DNA from: Copranaerobaculum intestinale | Lineage (GTDB): Bacteria; Bacillota_I; Bacilli_A; Erysipelotrichales; Erysipelotrichaceae | Reading direction: 5' to 3' | Length of the DNA: 32,000 bases | NCBI RefSeq assembly: GCF_009831105.1 | Contig: NZ_WUUQ01000002.1 | Location: 600,001 to 632,000, forward strand | Notes under the pieces: model-generated | Database searches by the model: none | Told to the model about the DNA's origin: nothing | Seen by the model: the letters and a program-made list of their open reading frames with translations, nothing else | Made by a program: the position numbers and the translations under genes | Part shown: positions 9,617 to 18,007 of the stretch, piece by piece | Layout: every line of letters begins with the position of its first letter | How positions within the stretch are numbered: the first letter of the stretch is position 1

Positions 9617-9973
9617 ATGAAAGCAAAAGGCATCACCATCGCACAATCAATCGGTGCACTGCTTCTGATACCTTTATTATTCTCTCTTATTTTTGCGGCT
9701 TTATACTATTTTAACGTAATCTCTACATCGCTATTCCAAATTTTGAACTGGATATCCGGTATTCTGGGATTTGCCGCAGGCGGATTTCTATTGGGAAGAG
9801 GTATTCAAAAAAAAGCGCTGTTACACGCTTTAGGTTGTATGATATTCATTGGTATACTTGGGTTTTTCATGATGGATACACATTCTCTCATGAATATGGT
9901 ACGATTGGGGTCAAAAATCTTTGCCTACCTATTGTGCAGTGTAATCGCTGCGAATGTAGCTCAATCCTCTTGA
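9617..9973 (+). CDS. small 4-TM membrane protein (YrzE / TIGR04086-like, tentative)
   Basis: Track ORF 9608..9973, where the listed start is a GTG. The ATG at 9617 has GAGGTG 6 nt upstream. The product is about 118 aa and entirely hydrophobic. Its position matches B. subtilis yrzE. Confidence 0.45.
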   Translation: MKAKGITIAQSIGALLLIPLLFSLIFAALYYFNVISTSLFQILNWISGILGFAAGGFLLGRGIQKKALLHALGCMIFIGILGFFMMDTHSLMNMVRLGSKIFAYLLCSVIAANVAQSS

Positions 9974-11238
9974 TCGATCATCATATGTAAGATACAATTA
10001 TCGGTCTCCCGCATACCAACATTGCCAAGATGACCGATGGCATCGATCGTGGCTTCAATACCCTTTGCCACAATACCGGTATCAGGCTGAAATACATGAT
10101 GATTCATCGCCATCTTCTGAGCGATGACACCGCTGTATAAGGCTGACGCAATCTTAGCTGCACACGATGGCTTTGCCCCATCACAGACCATTCCGGATAT
10201 TGAACCTAGATTATTGATGATCGTATCTTCAATCTCACAAAGCGTACCCTGATCAAGATAGGTAAAGGTTGCTACACTGGCGGTTGCGGCACAAACAGCA
10301 CCGCAGTATGCGGATAAGCGGCCGATTCCGGTTTTGATGCGAACCGTTACCAGATTGGAGAACACCAGTGCCCGAAGCAGCTCCTCATAAGCTGCTTTTT
10401 TATGCCGGGCGTAAATAATTACCGGAACCGATGCGGTAATTCCTTGATTCCCACTGCCGGAATTGCTCATCACCGCTCTGGTGCAGCCATCCATGCGGGC
10501 GTCACTGGCCGCGGCTGCATAAGCGATTGCTTCATTAACCGGATCATTGGTTGTATCAAGCAGAGTTTTCCCAACTTGGGCACCATAAGCGTTGTGTATT
10601 CCCTCTTCAGCAATTTCCATATTGTAATGAATTTGTTCCTCCAACAAAGGAACGATATCAGAAATATCACCATGCTTCGCAAACTCATATATATCTTTGA
10701 TATTCAGACATTTCCGATCTGTCAGCGGGGTATGAAAATCATCCTCAGCACATTGATTATTCAATAATATTTCATCATTCTTTAAAATTCTGGTAACGTT
10801 TGTATGCGTATGCTGAATCTCTACCACAACCTTATCAGAATGTCCAAACGCTTCCACCAAAATGGATAAGCCCGGTATCCCTTCCAGCAGTTCAACCGTG
10901 CAATAGCGTTCTGCCAGCAGCTTATTCATCAGCTGTACATCCTCTGGCTTCACTGCTTCTATCACTTCCAGCTTCTTTTCTGAGCATCCGGCAATCGTTC
11001 CAAGAATCGCGGCAGCCTCCACTCCCTTGGCACCGCCGGAGTTTGGCACAACAACCCCTTTCACGTTTTTAATGATATTGCCGCTGCAGGAAACCTTGAT
11101 GCGCTCCGGCAGATATCCAAGCGTTTCTTTCGCAATTGCACATCCGTAAGCGATCGCAATCGGTTCCGTGCAGCCCAGCGCCAGAACCAACTCTTCCCGC
11201 AATATATTTTTATAGTTTTCTTCCTGATGTCTTTCCAT
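9961..11238 (-). CDS. UPF0597 family protein, L-cysteine desulfidase-like (CyuA/YhaM-like)
   Basis: 425 aa. The N-terminal ALGCTEPIAIAYG motif and overall length are characteristic of the serine-dehydratase-alpha-like UPF0597/CyuA family. The ATG lies 1 nt after the ruvB stop. Confidence 0.7.
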   Translation of the reverse strand: MERHQEENYKNILREELVLALGCTEPIAIAYGCAIAKETLGYLPERIKVSCSGNIIKNVKGVVVPNSGGAKGVEAAAILGTIAGCSEKKLEVIEAVKPEDVQLMNKLLAERYCTVELLEGIPGLSILVEAFGHSDKVVVEIQHTHTNVTRILKNDEILLNNQCAEDDFHTPLTDRKCLNIKDIYEFAKHGDISDIVPLLEEQIHYNMEIAEEGIHNAYGAQVGKTLLDTTNDPVNEAIAYAAAASDARMDGCTRAVMSNSGSGNQGITASVPVIIYARHKKAAYEELLRALVFSNLVTVRIKTGIGRLSAYCGAVCAATASVATFTYLDQGTLCEIEDTIINNLGSISGMVCDGAKPSCAAKIASALYSGVIAQKMAMNHHVFQPDTGIVAKGIEATIDAIGHLGNVGMRETDNCILHMMIDQED

Positions 11239-11239
11239 A

Positions 11240-12250
11240 TTATCCCTTCATCTCAAATAAATTGTCCTGAAAATGATAACCTAAATGCTGATAGGCTTTT
11301 TCCGTTACAATTCTGCCTCTTGGAGTCCGATTGATAAAGCCGATCTGCAGCAGATACGGTTCATATACATCCTCTAACGTCATCGGCTCTTCACCAATGC
11401 TGCTCGCAATCGCTTCCAGTCCTACCGGGCCGCCTTTGAAACGTTCAATGATACCCTTTAAATATTTATGATCGACTGCATCTAAACCCAAATGATCGAC
11501 CTTCAAGCGATCGAGTGCCATCGAAGCGATATCGGATGAAATGATACCATCATTCATTACCTGCGCAAAGTCGCGCACTCGCCGAAACAGTCGATTTGCA
11601 ATACGCGGAGTCCCTCGTGAACGGCGGGCAATTTCAACCACGGCGGCCGCCTCGATCGTTGTGTCCATGACCCGTGATGTTCGCCTGATAATCTGTTCCA
11701 GTTCCTCCAAATGATAAAACTGAAGCTGATTGATAATACCAAAACGATCACGCAGCGGAGCCGTCAGATCACCGGCTCGGGTAGTCGCACCCACTAATGT
11801 AAATGGCGGCAGATCCAGGCGAATCGAGCGTACTCCCGCTTCCTTGCCTACTACGATATCGATACAGTAATCCTCCATTGCCGGATACAAAATTTCTTCC
11901 ACCTGTTTAGGGAGACGATGTATTTCATCGATAAACAACACATCACCTGGTTCCAAGGTTGATAGAATTGCTGCCAAGTCACCGCTTTTCTCAATGGAGG
12001 GTCCGCTGGTCGTTTTAATATTTCCGCCCATTTCATGTGCGAGTATATACGATAATGTTGTCTTACCAAGACCTGGCGGTCCATATAACAACACATGATC
12101 CAATGCTTCTCCACGCTGCTTTGCCGCTTCAATAAAAACAGCTAAATTCTGTTTTAAATCCTGCTGTCCGACATATTCCTCCAGTGTCTGCGGACGCAGA
12201 CTTGCTTCTTCATCGATTATTTGTTCTTCATTCGATAACAGTCTGTCCAT
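11240..12250 (-). CDS. ruvB: Holliday junction branch migration DNA helicase RuvB
   Basis: 336 aa with [11 protein letters not shown], Walker [10 protein letters not shown], Walker [10 protein letters not shown] and a C-terminal winged helix. It starts 2 nt after the ruvA stop. Confidence 0.97.
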   Translation of the reverse strand: MDRLLSNEEQIIDEEASLRPQTLEEYVGQQDLKQNLAVFIEAAKQRGEALDHVLLYGPPGLGKTTLSYILAHEMGGNIKTTSGPSIEKSGDLAAILSTLEPGDVLFIDEIHRLPKQVEEILYPAMEDYCIDIVVGKEAGVRSIRLDLPPFTLVGATTRAGDLTAPLRDRFGIINQLQFYHLEELEQIIRRTSRVMDTTIEAAAVVEIARRSRGTPRIANRLFRRVRDFAQVMNDGIISSDIASMALDRLKVDHLGLDAVDHKYLKGIIERFKGGPVGLEAIASSIGEEPMTLEDVYEPYLLQIGFINRTPRGRIVTEKAYQHLGYHFQDNLFEMKG

Positions 12251-12252
12251 CC

Positions 12253-12840
12253 CTACACTCCTTTTCGCTTCAGCATGATACCAAGCGCAAGACGCACATA
12301 TTCATCAACACTTTTCGCTTTTTCCTTTGCGAGCTCCTTTTCGACCCCGCTCAGTTCGTTTTGCTTATAGCCAAGCGCTCTCAAAGCATCCATAGCATCC
12401 GTAATATTTGAATTGCCAATTTTGCCCGTGCTTGAAGCAGCCGGCTCCTCCACTAGCTTTCCTTTCAGATCCAGCACGATTTGCTGAGCCGACTTTGCGC
12501 CGATTCCCGGCAGCTTTTTCAGCATTGCAACATCACCGGTTTCAATTGCCGCAACCATCGCGTCAGCACCGCATACACCAAGCATGTTCAAAGCTGTTTT
12601 CGGCCCCACACCTTTCACTGAGATCAGCCGCATAAAAAGTTCCATCTCCTGCTGCGTCAAGAATCCAAATAAGGTTATGGCATCTTCTCTTACGTGCTGA
12701 TAAGTATACAGCATAGTCTCCTGCCCCAATCCGAGCGCCTGCGGACTTGGCACATATATCTGATAACCGATGCCTTGATTATCCACTATCACACTATCTA
12801 TACGAAGACTATGGACGATTCCTTTTACAAATGCGATCAT
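12253..12840 (-). CDS. ruvA: Holliday junction branch migration complex subunit RuvA
   Basis: Track ORF 12253..12873. The canonical RuvA N-terminus MIAFVKGIV... begins at ATG 12840. HhH motifs are present ([16 protein letters not shown]). Confidence 0.93.
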   Translation of the reverse strand: MIAFVKGIVHSLRIDSVIVDNQGIGYQIYVPSPQALGLGQETMLYTYQHVREDAITLFGFLTQQEMELFMRLISVKGVGPKTALNMLGVCGADAMVAAIETGDVAMLKKLPGIGAKSAQQIVLDLKGKLVEEPAASSTGKIGNSNITDAMDALRALGYKQNELSGVEKELAKEKAKSVDEYVRLALGIMLKRKGV

Positions 12841-12975
12841 TTTATCACCGCATCCATTGTAACATAATATCACTTGAATAAAAACTGTTCATCATCAATT
12901 ATAATCGGCTCTTCTGCTGGGATATGTTCACTATGTTTTTTCCTTCTCAGACTGCAGCAGTTTCAATTACTCATG

Positions 12976-13003
12976 AAAAAGATATGCGTTTTTAACGCAT
13001 ATC
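12976..13003 (-). terminator. intrinsic terminator after xth
   Basis: Perfect 10-bp stem GATATGCGTT/AACGCATATC with a 3-nt loop, followed on the minus strand by TTTTT. Confidence 0.75.
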
Positions 13004-13008
13004 CATAC

Positions 13009-13764
13009 TTACAAGTCAATTTCCAAAGACACCGGACAGTGATCACTGCCTAAAACATCACTATGAATAGAAGCCGCACGAATCTGATCCTTTAAAGCTT
13101 GTGAGGTCAGAAAATAATCAATTCTCCAACCGATATTTTTATCCCTTGCCTTAAAGCGATAGCTCCACCATGAGTAAGCGATTGTTTCAGGATGCAGGTA
13201 ACGGAAAGAATCAACAAATCCTGCGTGCAGAAGATTTCTCATCTTATCGCGTTCTTCATCGCTGAAGCCCGGATTATTATGATTGCTTTTGGGATTTTTG
13301 ATATCAATTTCTTCAACCGCGACGTTCATATCGCCGCAGACAATAACCGGCTTTCTCACCTCCAGTTTTTTTAAATAAGCCTGAAAGTCATCCTCCCATT
13401 TCATGCGGTATGGAAGCCGCGCCAATGCCTCTTTAGAGTTCGGGGTATAAACGTTGACCATAAAAAATTTCTCAAATTCACAGGTTATGACCCGTCCCTC
13501 ATGATCATGTTCATCTATTCCGATTCCATACACGGTTTCTAACGGCTCCTGTTTTGTGAAAATTAAAGTTCCGGAATATCCTTTTTTATCTGCACTGTTC
13601 ATAAACTGATGATAGCCGGGCGTATTAAGCTCCAACTGACCCGGCTGCATCTTTGTTTCCTGAATACAGAAGATATCCGCATCAATCGCTTGAAAGAATT
13701 CATAAAAGCCTTTATTCACACAGGCACGTATGCCGTTCACATTCCAAGATACAAGTTTCATCAT
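13009..13764 (-). CDS. xth: exodeoxyribonuclease III (ExoA/Xth AP endonuclease)
   Basis: 251 aa with MKLVSWNVNGIRA, FCIQETK and the C-terminal SDHCPV. The SD GAGGAG lies 5 nt upstream. Confidence 0.95.
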   Translation of the reverse strand: MMKLVSWNVNGIRACVNKGFYEFFQAIDADIFCIQETKMQPGQLELNTPGYHQFMNSADKKGYSGTLIFTKQEPLETVYGIGIDEHDHEGRVITCEFEKFFMVNVYTPNSKEALARLPYRMKWEDDFQAYLKKLEVRKPVIVCGDMNVAVEEIDIKNPKSNHNNPGFSDEERDKMRNLLHAGFVDSFRYLHPETIAYSWWSYRFKARDKNIGWRIDYFLTSQALKDQIRAASIHSDVLGSDHCPVSLEIDL

Positions 13765-13850
13765 ACATTCTCCTCTATTTGAGACTATTGTATCGGAAAT
13801 CAGCTAAAAAAGCCAATGAGATACATAAAAAAACAAACGTCAGAAGTCAA

Positions 13851-13931
13851 GAAAAAAAGCATCTGAATTTGAAAATAACCGATCCGTTAACCCGAAGGTA
13901 TTACAGAACTTCTTTCTCAAATCGATGCTTT
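13851..13931 (-). terminator. long-stem intrinsic terminator after obg
   Basis: Minus strand: AAAAGCATCGATTTGAGAA ... TTTTCAAATTCAGATGCTTTT, about 18 bp with two bulges and one mismatch. It encloses a CC-UUCG-GG tetraloop hairpin and is followed by a T7 run. Confidence 0.6.
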
Positions 13932-13937
13932 TAAAGC

Positions 13938-15224
13938 TTATTCAACAAATTGGAATTCAACTTTACAGATGGTCACAACATCCCCATCCTGACAGCCTGC
14001 TTCGCGAAGCGCTTCATCTATACCCATTTTACGCATTTTACGAGCAAAACGCATCGCATCCTCGTCACTGTCAATTCGACTCATCTGGAAGGTACGCTCG
14101 ATGCCGTCGCCGTCCACCAGCCACTGTCCATTCCCCAGATTATGGACAAAAAACTGTGGTCTTTCTTCTTCAAACTTATATAAAACGCCGGTTGCTTCCG
14201 TATCATCTTCATTGAAGATCGGAAATTCAGGGGTTACTGCCAGCAGATCAGCAGTGCGATATAGAACCGCATCCAAACCCTCATCAATAATCGTCGTTGT
14301 CTCAAAGACATCAATATCCGGATACTTTGCTTTAAAACGTTTCAAATTTTCTGCCGCATTTTCCAAATCCATTTTGTTCGCAACGACGATCTGCGGACGT
14401 TCCATCAGCCGATACTCATATTCAGCCAATTCCTTATTGATGATTTCATAATCCTCAATCGGATCGCGGCCATCATTAGCACCCATATCGATGACGTGAA
14501 TGATGACCCTGCAGCGTTCGATATGACGCAGAAACTGGTGACCCAGCCCTTTGCCTTGGGATGCTCCTTCAATGAGCCCCGGTAAATCCGCCATGACAAA
14601 ACTGCGGCCATCCGGTACCTGTACCATGCCGAGATTCGGTGATATCGTCGTGAAATGATACTCCGCGATCTCCGGACGAGCCTTTGATACCACTGACAGC
14701 AGAGTTGATTTTCCTACCGAAGGAAAGCCTACCAATCCAGCATCCGCGAGCAGCTTCAATTCCACCTGTACATCTTTTTCTTCTCCCGGCTCACCGCGCT
14801 CACTGTACTGAGGAGCACTGTTGCGGCTGGATTTGAAATGGAAGTTTCCACGCCCGCCGCGGCCTGCTTTGGCGATGATTGCCTGCTGCCCAGGGCGGGT
14901 CAGATCAGCGATGATTGCGCCGGTGCCAGCATCTTTTACGATCGTTCCCTGCGGTACCTTAACAATCGTATCCGTGCCATCTGCACCATGCATCTTTTTC
15001 ACTTTTCCATTACCGCCATTTTCCGCGATTACTTTTTTCTGATAACGTAAATCTAGCAGCGTCGTCTTACCGGTATCCACCTCAAAAATGACATTTCCGC
15101 CGCGTCCGCCATCACCACCGGCCGGTCCGCCCAACGGAACGTACTTCTCCCGGCGAAAGGCTGTGATGCCATCACCGCCTTTACCAGCTTTAATATGTAT
15201 TTTTACCCGATCAATAAATTTCAT
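13938..15224 (-). CDS. obg: GTPase Obg/CgtA
   Basis: 428 aa. It has an N-terminal Obg fold (MKFIDRVKIHIKAGKGGDG), G motifs GFPSVGKST, DLPGLIEGA and NKMD, and a C-terminal OCT domain. Confidence 0.97.
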   Translation of the reverse strand: MKFIDRVKIHIKAGKGGDGITAFRREKYVPLGGPAGGDGGRGGNVIFEVDTGKTTLLDLRYQKKVIAENGGNGKVKKMHGADGTDTIVKVPQGTIVKDAGTGAIIADLTRPGQQAIIAKAGRGGRGNFHFKSSRNSAPQYSERGEPGEEKDVQVELKLLADAGLVGFPSVGKSTLLSVVSKARPEIAEYHFTTISPNLGMVQVPDGRSFVMADLPGLIEGASQGKGLGHQFLRHIERCRVIIHVIDMGANDGRDPIEDYEIINKELAEYEYRLMERPQIVVANKMDLENAAENLKRFKAKYPDIDVFETTTIIDEGLDAVLYRTADLLAVTPEFPIFNEDDTEATGVLYKFEEERPQFFVHNLGNGQWLVDGDGIERTFQMSRIDSDEDAMRFARKMRKMGIDEALREAGCQDGDVVTICKVEFQFVE

Positions 15225-15237
15225 AATAGCCTCCTTT

Positions 15238-15265
15238 AAAAAATAAAATCCCCAAACGGGGATTT
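15238..15265 (-). terminator. intrinsic terminator/attenuator between rpmA and obg
   Basis: 8-bp stem AAATCCCC/GGGGATTT with a 4-nt loop. On the minus strand it is followed by TATTTTTT and then immediately by the obg SD AAAGGAGG. Confidence 0.7.
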
Positions 15266-15267
15266 AT

Positions 15268-15552
15268 TTAGGCTGCCGGGTATACAGAAACTTTCTTTCT
15301 GTCTTTACCTAAGCGCTCGAATTTTACAACACCGTCCACCTTTGCGAACAATGTGTCATCTCCACCTTTACCCACGTTTGTGCCTGGGTGAATTTTCGTA
15401 CCGCGCTGACGGTAAATGATTGAGCCTGCACTTGCAAACTGTCCATCAGCTAATTTTGCACCTAAACGTTTTGAATGAGAGTCACGGCCGTTCTTCGTAG
15501 AACCTACTCCCTTTTTCGATGCAAATAACTGGATATCTAATACGAATTTCAT
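15268..15552 (-). CDS. rpmA: 50S ribosomal protein L27 (with N-terminal propeptide)
   Basis: 94 aa. [10 protein letters not shown] precedes [15 protein letters not shown], which is the Firmicutes-type propeptide removed by Prp. Confidence 0.97.
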   Translation of the reverse strand: MKFVLDIQLFASKKGVGSTKNGRDSHSKRLGAKLADGQFASAGSIIYRQRGTKIHPGTNVGKGGDDTLFAKVDGVVKFERLGKDRKKVSVYPAA

Positions 15553-15555
15553 TGG

Positions 15556-15873
15556 TTACACCTCCTGTATTTGAATTTGGATATACTGATGATAACGCTC
15601 CTGCATGGTTTCAAGCTGAATCAGCATGGTTCTTAAAATCAGCTGAGTCTGCGCCTGATCATGACTGGATACTTCAATATGAATACATCCCTTCTGCATT
15701 TCACAGCGGCATGTATCTTTGACAAGCATATCTAAAGCATTAAGCGTTCCTACCGCAATGGAAGAAACCCCGGCACATATCAGATCCTTACCGTGTGCGG
15801 CAGAGCCTGCATGTCCCTCGATATCGATCGCATGAATCGTATCACCGCTTTGTACTACGCTCACAGTGATCAT
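15556..15873 (-). CDS. prp: ribosomal-processing cysteine protease Prp (YsxB)
   Basis: 105 aa, located between rplU and rpmA. The conserved GHAG....DLICAGVS motif is present. Confidence 0.9.
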   Translation of the reverse strand: MITVSVVQSGDTIHAIDIEGHAGSAAHGKDLICAGVSSIAVGTLNALDMLVKDTCRCEMQKGCIHIEVSSHDQAQTQLILRTMLIQLETMQERYHQYIQIQIQEV

Positions 15874-15874
15874 A

Positions 15875-16186
15875 TTAAGCCTCGATAGCTTCTACTGTTA
15901 ATTTTGTGTAAGGCTGACGGTGACCCTGTTTACGGCGGGTACTGCCTTTTTTACTGTTGTATTTGAAGATTGTGATCTTCTTGCCTTTACCCTGCTTTTC
16001 AACTTTTGCGCTGACTTTAACTCCCTTAACATATGGAGTACCAACACGAGTTGTACGGTTTGAGTAAACTACAACTTTGTCAAATTCAACTGTTTCACCT
16101 TCCTGAGCGTTTAATTTCTCAGTGTAAATTGTTGATCCAACTTCAACACGGATCTGTTTTCCACCTGTTTCGATTACTGCGTACAT
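15875..16186 (-). CDS. rplU: 50S ribosomal protein L21
   Basis: 103 aa starting [11 protein letters not shown]. The SD AAGGAGGTG is upstream. Confidence 0.97.
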   Translation of the reverse strand: MYAVIETGGKQIRVEVGSTIYTEKLNAQEGETVEFDKVVVYSNRTTRVGTPYVKGVKVSAKVEKQGKGKKITIFKYNSKKGSTRRKQGHRQPYTKLTVEAIEA

Positions 16187-16290
16187 ATGCGCACCTCCTT
16201 TTTTTTACCTAAGACTCGCCATACAAGGTGATGCTTTAGCATGCTTATTGCCTTGTTTGAGCGGTTGTAAGTCACAAAAGGACATACAAC
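16187..16290 (-). promoter_or_regulatory. 5' leader of the rplU-prp-rpmA operon (possible L21 ribosomal-protein leader RNA)
   Basis: About 100 nt of untranslated leader lies between the promoter and the rplU SD. It has local stems (ACAACGTTGT, and ACAAGG...CCTTGT enclosing ATGCT-AA-AGCAT). Firmicutes carry an L21 leader motif at this position. I could not score it against a covariance model. Confidence 0.4.
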
Positions 16291-16296
16291 GTTGTC

Positions 16297-16325
16297 ATGA
16301 TACCATAAATCATATGGTACGTCAA
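16297..16325 (-). promoter_or_regulatory. sigma-A promoter of the rplU operon (extended -10)
   Basis: Minus strand: TTGACG (16325..16320), a 17-nt spacer ending in TGG, then TATCAT (16302..16297). Confidence 0.6.
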
Positions 16326-16675
16326 TTATTTTATCATGTTTTAAAAGCTTTGTAAAATCGAAAAGATTCCTAGTGTCATCTCATTTTTTACACATTTCCA
16401 TGATTCTTCAACAACATGATAGTACGAATCGATGAACCATCCGCGCGCGGTATTGAAACGGCAATGCATTCAAGCAAAAAAATAATAAAATTCCCCTGGA
16501 CAATCAAATTTTTCAGGATAACCATATCATGATTCAGAAACCCTTTTATGCTAAGTCAAATTCTCATCTGAAATTGGATCAATCACAAACGCATCTGCTT
16601 TACTGGCTGTTTGATTTGCTCATCCCCATTCATTGTGATACCCTCTTGATTCTAGTATAAAATCTCGATATAAGT

Positions 16676-16704
16676 TTGATGGACAACAAAAAGGATGATA
16701 AAAT
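16676..16704 (+). promoter_or_regulatory. candidate sigma-A promoter for the GNAT gene
   Basis: TTGATG (16676-16681), a 17-nt spacer, then TAAAAT (16699-16704). Confidence 0.4.
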
Positions 16705-16777
16705 AAATATACTAATCAGTCTTCGGTTACTAAAAATATTGAAATTCACATAAATACGCCAATAAGGAGGTTACTTC

Positions 16778-17260
16778 ATGGAAATTAGATATGCAACACC
16801 CGATGATGCAAAAGCGATAGCCGAAGTAGAGGCAGAATGTTTCCCTGCCGCGGAAGCGGCATCCCTCGCATCAATTAAAAATCGTTTGCAGTACTATGCA
16901 AATCACTTTTGGCTGTTGGAAGACAACGGCCGGCTAATCGGTTTCGCAAACGGAATGGTCAGTAATGAAGACCATCTGCTCGATGTAATGTTTGATCACG
17001 GGGAAATGCATGATGAAAACGGAAAGTGGCAACTGATCTTCGGATTGGATACCATTCCTGAATATCGCTGCCGCGGATGCGGTGAAGTATTATTAAACAG
17101 TGCAATCGAAGATGCCCACAAGCAGAACCGAATGGGCTTGATCCTGACCTGTAAGGAGCAGCTGATCCACTATTATGAAAAATTCGGATTTGTAAAAGAG
17201 GGCTTGTCTAATTCAACGCACGGCAAAGCTGTCTGGTACGATATGCGCTTGACGTTCTAG
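16778..17260 (+). CDS. GNAT family N-acetyltransferase
   Basis: 160 aa. The N-terminus IRYATPDDAKAIAEVEAECFP and the acetyl-CoA binding region EYRCRGCGEVLLNSAIEDA...HYYEKFGF are typical GNAT features. The SD AAGGAGG lies 8 nt upstream. Confidence 0.85.
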   Translation: MEIRYATPDDAKAIAEVEAECFPAAEAASLASIKNRLQYYANHFWLLEDNGRLIGFANGMVSNEDHLLDVMFDHGEMHDENGKWQLIFGLDTIPEYRCRGCGEVLLNSAIEDAHKQNRMGLILTCKEQLIHYYEKFGFVKEGLSNSTHGKAVWYDMRLTF

Positions 17261-17281
17261 TTCATATCGACAACCCTACAT

Positions 17282-17327
17282 AAAAAAGCTGAAACGAAGC
17301 TAGCTTCATGTTCGTTCAGCTTTTTAT
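17282..17327. terminator. bidirectional intrinsic terminator shared by the GNAT and lipoprotein genes
   Basis: AAAAGCTGAAACGAA ... TTCGTTCAGCTTTT stem of about 13 bp with one bulge. It is flanked by an A run on the 5' side and a T run on the 3' side, so it has a U-tract on both strands. Confidence 0.8.
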
Positions 17328-17359
17328 TATCTCTATTTAAACATAACCTTTTCATACTC

Positions 17360-18007
17360 TTACTCGAGATTTTCACTTAAAAGCGTAAAACCGATTTCAT
17401 CTTCAAAAGAATAGTAAATCAGCTTATGTTCATCTGATGTATCCAATTTCCATTGTTTCTTTTTTTCCAGTGTTTCATTTATCTTCATGATTCGCTCATC
17501 AGCACTGCCAATACTTCCTGCCATATTTATTGATACATCCCTTGTAGGATACATATTGCTTGTGGAAATCTGATCCACCACCGGATCGGCATCATTCATC
17601 CACTTACATGCCGAATTCGATAAAACGATATATTGTAATTCACATGTTTCTATTTCGTAATGCTGATTCAAGGTGACTGCATATTCACTGATGACCCTAA
17701 CGAAATCTAAATTTTTTTGATGGGTTCTGATGAATTGATTCTTGCTTTTTGTATAAATATAAGTATCTACAGGATATTCCTCTTTGTTATCATAAATAAT
17801 AATTATAATTTGATCTGTTTTTACAGATTGAGTTGCTTCATATCGTTTACCATGTAAACCATTTAGTTTAAAATCACCAAAATCCAGCACCGCTGCGGAA
17901 GTAGCAGGAGAAGGATCCTCTTTTACATCCTTGTTCGAGTACGTACACGCGACAAGCAAGAAGGAAAAACAGATGCATACAATTTGAAAATATCGCTTAC
18001 TGTTCAT
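17360..18007 (-). CDS. hypothetical lipoprotein (no family recognised)
   Basis: 215 aa. The N-terminus MNSKRYFQIVCICFSFLLVAC|TYSNKD has a positive n-region, a hydrophobic core and an L-V-A-C lipobox. Confidence 0.75.
   Translation of the reverse strand: MNSKRYFQIVCICFSFLLVACTYSNKDVKEDPSPATSAAVLDFGDFKLNGLHGKRYEATQSVKTDQIIIIIYDNKEEYPVDTYIYTKSKNQFIRTHQKNLDFVRVISEYAVTLNQHYEIETCELQYIVLSNSACKWMNDADPVVDQISTSNMYPTRDVSINMAGSIGSADERIMKINETLEKKKQWKLDTSDEHKLIYYSFEDEIGFTLLSENLE

Noticed and set aside
12874-12975. Possible leader peptide or structure upstream of ruvA
   Set aside because: Only a 10-codon GTG ORF without a good SD is present, and the promoter-like hexamers are weak. Nothing here goes beyond an ordinary promoter region.
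16441-16450. GC palindrome CCGCGCGCGG in an AT-rich spacer
   Set aside because: It occurs once, has no partner repeats and no adjacent U-tract. I cannot distinguish it from chance, so it is mentioned only within the spacer finding.
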